Assembly (NCBI GenBank): GCA_964357605.1
Contig: CAYHLX010000001.1
Location: 5,159 to 69,158 of the forward strand
Direction of reading: 5' to 3'
Length of the DNA stretch: 64,000 bases
Source of the DNA: an uncultured Candidatus Saccharibacteria bacterium
GTDB lineage: Bacteria; Patescibacteriota; Minisyncoccia; Phycocordibacterales; PALSA-1337
Below are positions 50,830-57,676 of this stretch, piece by piece. How positions within the stretch are numbered: the first letter of the stretch is position 1; each line of letters starts with the position of its first letter. Under the pieces are notes generated by a model. It saw nothing but the letters and a program-made list of their open reading frames with translations, did no database searches and had not been told where the DNA came from. Position numbers and translations under genes: made by a program.

Positions 50830-50983
50830 TGAAGTGGTTTTAAAGAGCACTTTTACAAGAGAAGAGACGATCCGCTACAGCGTTGAGAGGCTTAAAACAG
50901 ATAAAACTAGGCAATTCAAAGCTGTGGCGGACCATGTCGGTACGTCATACGGCACATAACAAACACGATGAAAGGTGATAACG

Positions 50984-51736
50984 ATGAACACATCGATTAC
51001 ATCGAACCAGACAGAACAAGTAGCAACCTTCACTGCAGATGCCGCCCGCTCCGGCGCCCGAAACGTCATGGAACGAGTCGCGAAGATTGAAGGTGTCTCC
51101 CGAGACAGCCTTCAGGCAAGAGTCATCGAAAAAGGCAACGAGCTGACCAAGTTCGTAAGTCGGGAAGTTGAAGCTCTTCTGGAGAGCAAGCTTCTCGCAA
51201 TGCTGATGATCATGCTCGACCACCTCAAGGTGATCATGGTAGGATCAGTGAAAATTGCGACTATGCCCCGCATGAAAGTTGTTGATTGCCTCAAGCAAGA
51301 CGGCGTGATCATCGGCTGGCGTGATGACGATCTGGATGGCTGGCTCTCGGAATATGTTTCAGCGATGCCTACAGGGACAATCAACTGCATGGAACTTACG
51401 AAGCCCGAAGGCACAACTTTCCGCCAGATGGCTGAAGCGGCCCTAGGCATGGCCGGGGCTAACGACGCAGAGCTGAAAAAAGCTCTTCGTGAACGTGGAA
51501 TGACCTTCCACCTTGAACAAGTTCGGGATCTCATCACGAGAACCGAAGCTAAAGAGGAGACAGGCTTCCATAAGGACGGCAAAGCCAACCTCCTTTTTAT
51601 CGAGGATGAGAATGGGGAAGTCTTTGGGCTCCGCGTCCGTCGGGATGACTGCTGGGGGGTGCGCGTCGACTCCTTTGGCAACGACCGCGAGTGGCTTCAG
51701 GGCCGTCGTTTCTTCTCTCGCAACATGCCTGCGTAA
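50984..51736 (+). CDS. DGR target (variable) protein with C-terminal VR
   Basis: ATG 50984 preceded by SD-like AAAGGTGA. C-terminal ANLLFIE...VFGLRVRRDDCWGVRVDSFGNDREWLQGRRFFSRN contains the VR. GC-richer than neighbours. No signal peptide. Confidence 0.9.
   Translation: MNTSITSNQTEQVATFTADAARSGARNVMERVAKIEGVSRDSLQARVIEKGNELTKFVSREVEALLESKLLAMLMIMLDHLKVIMVGSVKIATMPRMKVVDCLKQDGVIIGWRDDDLDGWLSEYVSAMPTGTINCMELTKPEGTTFRQMAEAALGMAGANDAELKKALRERGMTFHLEQVRDLITRTEAKEETGFHKDGKANLLFIEDENGEVFGLRVRRDDCWGVRVDSFGNDREWLQGRRFFSRNMPA
51620..51724 (+). repeat. DGR variable repeat (VR)
   Basis: 105 nt, gapless match to 52015-52119 with 20 mismatches, all opposite TR adenines (12 A>G, 7 A>C, 1 A>T). Confidence 0.97.
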
Positions 51737-51807
51737 GCAGGCAAGGTTTAGATCCTTGGGTCTTTGGACACTTGGATTCAAAGGGGCGTTCGCAAGAATG
51801 CCCCTTT
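51726..51807 (+). promoter_or_regulatory. Two GNRA-loop hairpins downstream of VR (candidate mutagenic-homing cis-elements and/or terminator)
   Basis: TGCCTGC-GTAA-GCAGGCA (51726-51743, loop contains the stop codon). AAAGGGGCGTTC-GCAA-GAATGCCCCTTT (51780-51807). Neither occurs after TR. Confidence 0.7.
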
Positions 51808-52014
51808 CTGCTATACTCAAAAAGGCTTTGTTGACATTTCCGTTCACTAAATAGTGGATTGAGGTGACAAAGTCTTTTTCAATCGTTTTATTTTGTTGAA
51901 AAATAAAAAAAGAAAAAAGTTGGTACATGAAACTGGTGAGTGATAGGACTCAAAATAATATACAATCTGGAGACAACCTCAACAGACAGTGACATGGAAG
52001 GTTTTGTGTACATA

Positions 52015-52119
52015 ATCTTTGGGCTCAACGTCAATCGGAATGACTACTGGAAGGTGAACGTCAACTCCTTTGACAACGACAACGAGTGGAATCAGGGCAA
52101 TCGTTTCTTCTCTCGAAAC
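52015..52119 (+). ncRNA. DGR template repeat (TR)
   Basis: Adenine-rich copy of VR with 10 AAY triplets in the VR frame and 30 adenines in total. Lies outside the target gene. Confidence 0.95.
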
Positions 52120-52128
52120 TGTTTCTTT

Positions 52129-52157
52129 CTCCCGCATCAGAGCGGGAGTTTTCTTTC
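52129..52157 (+). terminator. Hairpin with T-tract just after TR; its loop contains the avd stop codon (minus strand)
   Basis: CTCCCGC-ATCAGA-GCGGGAG-TTTTCTTT. Confidence 0.55.
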
Positions 52158-52524
52158 TAGAGGAAGGTTTTGTAGTTCCTTATGCCATCCACCGATCATT
52201 TTTCCTGGTTCAATTAAAGTCTTTGAAAGAGCTATGTATCTTTTGTCATCAAGTACTTTTATTTCCCAAGCTACATTTAGGAAAATTTTTAAACAATCTA
52301 GTTTGGTTACTGCTTTCTTTAAATGCGGCATTTTTTCCGTTCTGGGGCTCAAGGCACTCAGACTCAGATTTTCTATAAGTTCTATGAAAAGTGAGTCTAT
52401 TTTTCCGGCAATGGTGTGTCTTTTGGATTTTGGCATGCTATCAAAATACTGTTGCCAAAGTTTATAACTTGAGATTAACTTTAATAAAACTGGTAAGCTG
52501 TGTGCGGGGGGGGGGTGACATCAT
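52137..52524 (-). CDS. avd: Avd-like accessory protein (four-helix bundle), frameshifted at a 10-nt homopolymer
   Basis: ...PKSKRHTIAGKID...LDCLKIFLNVAWE...EPGKMIGGW. The frame extends upstream as AHSLPVLLKLISSYKLWQQYFDS but joins ATG 52524 only if the G10 at 52506-52515 is G9 or G12. Confidence 0.8.
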
Positions 52525-52555
52525 AGGTTTTAGGTTATCATAATAAGGTTTATAT

Positions 52556-53548
52556 ATGAAGACATATGTTGATATTATTTCTACAAACAATTTACTCAAA
52601 GTTTGGAAAGAATTTTTACGTGGAAAGAAAAAACGTAAGGATGTGAATGTATTTTCACTGCATCTTATGGACAATATCTTTAGGCTTCATAAAGATATGA
52701 AAAATAAAGAATATAAACATGATGAATATGAAGCATTTGGTATTTCTGATCCAAAGCCTCGCAAGATTCACAAGGCTACAGTCAGAGATCGCCTAGTTCA
52801 CCATGTCTTGTATGAAGCCTTATCCCCACAGTTCAATCAAAGATTTATTTCTGATTCATATTCTTGTCGTCTCAATAAAGGGATGCACCGCGCCCTCGCA
52901 AGATTTAAAATATATTCAGGAAAGGTGAGTAAAAACAATACCAAAACATGCTGGATTTTGAAATGTGATATTAGAAAATTCTTTGCTTCTATTGATCAAT
53001 CTATTCTCACATCCATTCTTGAAAAATATATTTCTGATAAAGACATTCTTTGGCTGCTGTCTAATGTCATACATAGTTTCCATAGTACTGCTCCAGGAAA
53101 AGGACTACCTCTGGGTAATCTGACCTCACAATTGTTGGTCAATATTTACATGAACGAATTTGATCAATTTGTAAAACATAAACTCAAAATAAAATGCTAT
53201 ATTCGTTATGCCGATGATTTTGTTGTTTTTGATTCTTGCAAAAGTAATTTGGAAAATCTTATAATTATTTTCAGGGAATTTCTAAAAGAAAATCTAAAGC
53301 TTGACCTGCATCCCAATAAAGTTTTCATAAAAACTCTAGCATCAGGTGTTGATTTTCTCGGCTGGGTTCATTTTCCTAACCACCGAGTGTTGCGTACAGT
53401 TACAAAAAAGAGAATGATGAAGAAAATAAAATCAGGTTTTCGGCCAGAAGTCATAGCTTCGTATATTGGTATGCTTGAACATGGAGATGCTTATACCTTG
53501 CGAAAGAATATAGAAAATCTTCCAGAAATCGAGATAAAGCCGAAATAA
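52556..53548 (+). CDS. Reverse transcriptase, DGR type
   Basis: DPKPRKI...VRDRLVHH, KCDIRKFF, GLPLGNLTSQ (SQ variant typical of DGR RTs), YIRYADDF, GVDFLG. 330 aa with no endonuclease extension. Confidence 0.95.
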   Translation: MKTYVDIISTNNLLKVWKEFLRGKKKRKDVNVFSLHLMDNIFRLHKDMKNKEYKHDEYEAFGISDPKPRKIHKATVRDRLVHHVLYEALSPQFNQRFISDSYSCRLNKGMHRALARFKIYSGKVSKNNTKTCWILKCDIRKFFASIDQSILTSILEKYISDKDILWLLSNVIHSFHSTAPGKGLPLGNLTSQLLVNIYMNEFDQFVKHKLKIKCYIRYADDFVVFDSCKSNLENLIIIFREFLKENLKLDLHPNKVFIKTLASGVDFLGWVHFPNHRVLRTVTKKRMMKKIKSGFRPEVIASYIGMLEHGDAYTLRKNIENLPEIEIKPK

Positions 53549-53602
53549 AGTTTTTGTGAAATTGGCTATTGCTTTTAACGGGGTAGTTGGGATAATTGGG
53601 GG

Positions 53603-54427
53603 ATGGGAAATGAAAGTATCAAACTAGCACTCTTTCAGAAGAAGGGGATAAGAAGGACAATTCATGAGAATGAGTGGTATTTTGTTATTGCGGATGTTAT
53701 TGAGGTTCTTACAGATTCCATCAATCCAAAACAATACTTAAAAAATCTTCTGAACAGAGATGAGGAACTTGTAAAAGGGTGGGTTCAAATTGAACACCCC
53801 CTTTCAATAGATACTGCAGGAGGGCCACAGAAAATGCTTTGTGCTAACACCGAAGGTATTTTTCGCATAGTCCAATCAATTCCTTCTCCCAAAGCAGAAC
53901 CATTTAAAAGATGGTTGGCAAAAGTAGGTTATGAAAGAATACAGGAAATAGAAAATCCAGAGCTAGCTACTAAACGAACGAGAATATTATATAAATTGAA
54001 AGGATATCCTGATGATTGGATTGAAAAAAGAATGCGAGGTATTGCTATCAGAGAAGAATTAACTGATGAATGGAAAAATAGAGGGGCGAGGGAGAAAAAA
54101 GATTATGAAATACTGACGACAGAAATTTCAAAAGCGACTTTTGGTGTTACTCCAGAAGAATATAAAAAGTTAAAGGGTTTAGAAAGAGAAAATCTAAGGG
54201 ATCATATGAATGATTTTGAACTTATCTTTACTATGCTTGGAGAACGTTCAACGACCGAAATTCACAGAACCGAAAATTCAAAAGGAGTATCAAAACTAAA
54301 ATCAGATGCAAAAGTTGGTGGTGAAATAGCGGGAGACGCTAGAAAGAGACTTGAAAAGAGGCTCAAGAAATCTCTGGTCTCAGAAAAGAATTTCAAAGAT
54401 CTTAATGAAAAAAGACTTAAAAAATAA
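53603..54427 (+). CDS. Bro-N domain (phage antirepressor-like) DNA-binding protein
   Basis: IRR..HENEWYFVIADVI.VLTDS, IFRIVQSIPSPKAEPFKRWLA, ENLRDHM. Confidence 0.85.
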   Translation: MGNESIKLALFQKKGIRRTIHENEWYFVIADVIEVLTDSINPKQYLKNLLNRDEELVKGWVQIEHPLSIDTAGGPQKMLCANTEGIFRIVQSIPSPKAEPFKRWLAKVGYERIQEIENPELATKRTRILYKLKGYPDDWIEKRMRGIAIREELTDEWKNRGAREKKDYEILTTEISKATFGVTPEEYKKLKGLERENLRDHMNDFELIFTMLGERSTTEIHRTENSKGVSKLKSDAKVGGEIAGDARKRLEKRLKKSLVSEKNFKDLNEKRLKK

Positions 54428-55010
54428 GTATTTAATCGGCATCGACGAAGTTGGCCGAGGGCCGATTGCTGGACCTGTTGCTGTTTGTGCTTTTGTATTT
54501 CTTAAGCTGGAATCTAGAAAGCTTTTTCGAGGTGTGAAAGAGTCGAAGCAATTAACGGAAGAAAAAAGGGAAGAGTGGTTTGTTAAAATCCTTGAAGCTC
54601 GAAAGAAACGCCTCATAAATTTTTGCGTGTCATTCCAAAGTGAAAAAGTCATAGATAAAAAAGGAATTTCTTTCGCCATTAAAAAATGTTTAGAGACTTC
54701 CTTAAAAAAGTTGGCCATTAATCCTTCCTCAGCTCTCATTTTACTCGATGGTAGTCTCAAAGCTCCTTCACAATACAAAAATCAAAAAACCATCATCAAG
54801 GGTGATGTCAAAGAGCAGGTTATTGCCCTAGCTTCTATTTGTGCCAAGGTACTTCGTGATAGGAAGATGCGAAAACTGGCCAAAAAGTATCCAAAATACG
54901 GTTTTGATGTCCATAAAGGTTATGGCACGAAGAGGCATTATCAAGCCATTGAGCTAACTGGTCTTTGTCTGCTCCATAGAAGGAGTTTCTTGCAAAAAAG
55001 ACCTGTATAA
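54405..55010 (+). CDS. rnhB: Ribonuclease HII
   Basis: IGIDEVGRGPIAGPV, ESKQL, LLDG, KGD...ASICAKV.RD, KGYGT, HRRSF. Confidence 0.95.
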   Translation: MKKDLKNKYLIGIDEVGRGPIAGPVAVCAFVFLKLESRKLFRGVKESKQLTEEKREEWFVKILEARKKRLINFCVSFQSEKVIDKKGISFAIKKCLETSLKKLAINPSSALILLDGSLKAPSQYKNQKTIIKGDVKEQVIALASICAKVLRDRKMRKLAKKYPKYGFDVHKGYGTKRHYQAIELTGLCLLHRRSFLQKRPV

Positions 55011-55026
55011 GCTAAGATAGCCCTAT

Positions 55027-55260
55027 ATGGTAAATCGAATGAGAGCTACTCGGGCTCACCGAGATAATAGACGCTCACATCACGCCCTGGATGATGTGCG
55101 TCTTTCTAAGTGTTCAAACTGCAGTGCGATGCATCTCCGTCACACTCTTTGTACTTCCTGCGGATTTTATAGAGGAAAGAAAATCTTAGACATGACCGCT
55201 TTGGTGGCCAAAAAGGCAGCCAAGACCAAGGCCCGGCAAGCAGAAGCCTCAAAAAAATAA
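55027..55260 (+). CDS. rpmF: 50S ribosomal protein L32
   Basis: RRSHHAL...CSNC....RHTLCTSCGFYRG. Confidence 0.92.
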   Translation: MVNRMRATRAHRDNRRSHHALDDVRLSKCSNCSAMHLRHTLCTSCGFYRGKKILDMTALVAKKAAKTKARQAEASKK

Positions 55261-55305
55261 TCTCAAAAGTTTCCAAGTTAGAACCAGCTCCTTTACAAAA
55301 AACAT

Positions 55306-56202
55306 ATGGCCAATAGACACCTCTCAAGATCAGTCGTCCTCCAATCACTCTTTGAGTGGGACTTTCGTGGACAGAAGGATAAAGAGGCCAAAGACATTAT
55401 TATTCGTAATGCTAAAGAGTTTGCTACGGGCATGGGAGATATTTCTTTTATAGAAGATCTCATGCTCAATGTTTTATCTAAAAAACCGGAACTAGACAAA
55501 ATTATTACCAAAGCGGCCCCAGATTGGCCCTTAGAAAAGATCTCTGTTATAGACAGAAATGTTTTGCGTATGGGCTTATATGAGCTTCTTTTTGCTGATC
55601 GAGAAGAAGTACCAGCTAAGGTGGCGATAAATGAGGCGATAGAGCTAGCCAAGGCTTTTGGTGGAGAGAATAGCGGTAAGTTTGTAAACGGCGTTCTAGG
55701 CTCTGTTTACAAGGAATTGGGTGAGCCTGGCAAAGACTCTTCCCCAAAAAAGAAGAAGAAAATTGAGGATATTCCATACGAGGACATGCCTATTCAGAAT
55801 CTCGGTGGGGCGGTGGTTTATGCAAAAAAAGAAAAAGAGATTTATCTAGCTTTTGTTCATGATATTTTTGGACACTGGACTCTTTCCAAAGGCAAACTTG
55901 AGGGTACGGAAGATGTGAGAAGTGGAACGGTTCGAGAGATCAAAGAAGAGATGGGTTTGGATATAGAGATAGAGCAGGATCTAGGGATGAATGAATATAT
56001 TGCTAATGATCCGGAGAAGGGTAAGATCAGAAAACAAGTCCACTATTTTCTGGCTCAGGCAAAATTTGACACCATCAAGCTCGGTCCGAGCGGAGGTTTG
56101 GATGATGCTAAATGGTTTAAGTTAGCAGACATTCTTGAACTTAATTTTTATAATGATATAGTGCCGATTGTGACGAAGTCGGTTATGCTTTTGAGTAAAT
56201 AA
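55306..56202 (+). CDS. nusB: NusB fused to a NUDIX domain
   Basis: RHLSR..VLQSLFEWD, IDRNVLR, VAINEAIELAKAFG...KFVNGVL, then WTLSKGKLE...GTVREIKEEMGL. Confidence 0.9.
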   Translation: MANRHLSRSVVLQSLFEWDFRGQKDKEAKDIIIRNAKEFATGMGDISFIEDLMLNVLSKKPELDKIITKAAPDWPLEKISVIDRNVLRMGLYELLFADREEVPAKVAINEAIELAKAFGGENSGKFVNGVLGSVYKELGEPGKDSSPKKKKKIEDIPYEDMPIQNLGGAVVYAKKEKEIYLAFVHDIFGHWTLSKGKLEGTEDVRSGTVREIKEEMGLDIEIEQDLGMNEYIANDPEKGKIRKQVHYFLAQAKFDTIKLGPSGGLDDAKWFKLADILELNFYNDIVPIVTKSVMLLSK

Positions 56203-56211
56203 TTTTTTAAT

Positions 56212-56907
56212 ATGCCAGATTTTTTAAAATTTTCAGAAAAGATGGGGATAGAGTTCAATGATCTCAATCTTCTAAAAAAAGCTTGTACCCACAGGTCTTT
56301 TCTCAATGAGAACAAAGGGGCGGGATTGGAGCATAATGAACGTTTGGAATTTCTCGGTGATGCCGTTCTGGAGCTGGTGGTAACTAGCTATCTTTTTAGA
56401 AAATATTCTGACAAAAATGAAGGGGATCTGACTTCGTACAGATCGGCTCTAGTGAATACTCATAGTCTAGCGCGAGTAGCCACTGTTCTCGGTGTAAACG
56501 ACTACTTGCTTTTGTCAAAAGGTGAATCAAAAGATACTGGTCGGGCCCGATCTATCATCATGGCTGATTCTATAGAAGCTATCATCGGGGCCGTTTACCT
56601 TGATCAAGGATACAACGCCGCCGCCAATTTTATTTCCAAAAATCTTCTGGAGGTGATTGATATCGATGAGATCGTGGAGAAAAAACTTTGGTTGGATGCT
56701 AAAAGTCGTTTTCAAGAACGGGCTCAAGAGGAGACAGGTCAGACTCCCTCATACAAAACTCTCAAAGAAGTTGGGCCAGATCACAGCAAAGAATTTACTC
56801 TAGGGGTTTTTATTGGCGATACCCAAGTCGCTCTAGGTACGGGTTTATCTAAACAAGAAGCGGAACAAAAAGCTGCAGAAAAAGCTCTAGAGGTGAAGGG
56901 CTGGTAG
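56212..56907 (+). CDS. rnc: Ribonuclease III
   Basis: HNERLEFLGDAVL, C-terminal dsRBD. Confidence 0.97.
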   Translation: MPDFLKFSEKMGIEFNDLNLLKKACTHRSFLNENKGAGLEHNERLEFLGDAVLELVVTSYLFRKYSDKNEGDLTSYRSALVNTHSLARVATVLGVNDYLLLSKGESKDTGRARSIIMADSIEAIIGAVYLDQGYNAAANFISKNLLEVIDIDEIVEKKLWLDAKSRFQERAQEETGQTPSYKTLKEVGPDHSKEFTLGVFIGDTQVALGTGLSKQEAEQKAAEKALEVKGW

Positions 56908-56949
56908 TTGTTTGACTAAGTGTTGTTTGGGGAGTAGTATTTATTTTGA

Positions 56950-57363
56950 ATGAATACTGCTCTTCTCGGTCGAAGGCTTGTTGAAAGACAGCCTTCCTTA
57001 ACTCGTCCGATCGATCCACCTCGCTCCAGTCGTGAGTGTGGATGTCAGGGCAACTGTCACGAAAGTTGTCATCACGCTCCAAGCGAAGCAGATCCAAATG
57101 TTACTGATGCGCAGTTGGAACTCATTGCCACTGAAGCCTTTCTTCAGGAAGGACTTATCGAAGGTCACGGTGGGTGTTGTGGAGACGATCCAGACATCTG
57201 CCACTGTCAATGCAGTTTCCATGTCCCGGGATCAATGATGGAGCACGTTAGCCCTTGCTGCGAGAGGTCTCCTTGCGGTTTGGACATCAAGGTTCACGCG
57301 TTGGAAATGCACATCGCTGGTTGCAATCGCTGCAAAGAAATCGCCCAGGAAAATGCGAGGTAA
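56950..57363 (+). CDS. Cys/His-rich hypothetical protein
   Basis: 137 aa with ECGCQGNCHESCHH, CHCQCSFH, PCCERSPCG...HIAGCNRC. GC-richer than flanks. Confidence 0.55.
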   Translation: MNTALLGRRLVERQPSLTRPIDPPRSSRECGCQGNCHESCHHAPSEADPNVTDAQLELIATEAFLQEGLIEGHGGCCGDDPDICHCQCSFHVPGSMMEHVSPCCERSPCGLDIKVHALEMHIAGCNRCKEIAQENAR

Positions 57364-57367
57364 GTTT

Positions 57368-57601
57368 ATGGCCACATTTGACAACATGAGCTTGGCGCTC
57401 CAAATGTCTGCTACAGCCAGATCGCACCTCAATTCCGTTTACCATGGCGGAATGTGGTTTACCCAAGCGTCTAACAGCTTTCCACAAGTTCCTTGTGGAG
57501 CTACAGTGGCGCTAACCGAGGTGGAAGCCCACCTCAGAAAATGTAAACTCTGCCAACTCAAACTTTCTGCGGAGGTCATGCAGAAATTCAAGAAAATTTA
57601 A
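57368..57601 (+). CDS. Small hypothetical protein with PCG...HxxxCxxC motif
   Basis: MATFDNM...VPCGATVALTEVEAHLRKCKLC, followed by hairpins. Confidence 0.5.
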   Translation: MATFDNMSLALQMSATARSHLNSVYHGGMWFTQASNSFPQVPCGATVALTEVEAHLRKCKLCQLKLSAEVMQKFKKI

Positions 57602-57627
57602 CCCCTAAGTTTTGGGGTCACGCGAAC

Positions 57628-57660
57628 GAGCCCAGCTCCACAGCTGGCTCTTTCTTTTTT
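57628..57660 (+). terminator. Putative intrinsic terminator
   Basis: GAGCCCAGCT-CCAC-AGCTGGCTC-TTTCTTTTTT. Confidence 0.6.
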
Positions 57661-57676
57661 ATGGTAAAATATTCCC

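Larger units (their letters stand above)
50984..53548 (+). mobile_element. Diversity-generating retroelement: target with VR, hairpins, TR, avd-like gene (antisense), RT
   Basis: VR/TR pair with adenine-only mismatches, Avd-like four-helix-bundle ORF and DGR-type RT all lie within 2.6 kb. Confidence 0.95.

Noticed and set aside
51940-52467. 175-aa plus-strand ORF containing the TR in frame
   Set aside because: Explained by the stop-free TR plus the antisense shadow of avd. No independent evidence of coding.
52556-53548. RT as group II intron, retron or CRISPR-associated RT
   Set aside because: Short, with the SQ motif and an adjacent TR/VR pair and avd. No intron domain V or cas genes seen.
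53603-54427. Bro-N gene as evidence of a prophage
   Set aside because: No integrase, structural or replication phage genes nearby, and the flanks are housekeeping genes.
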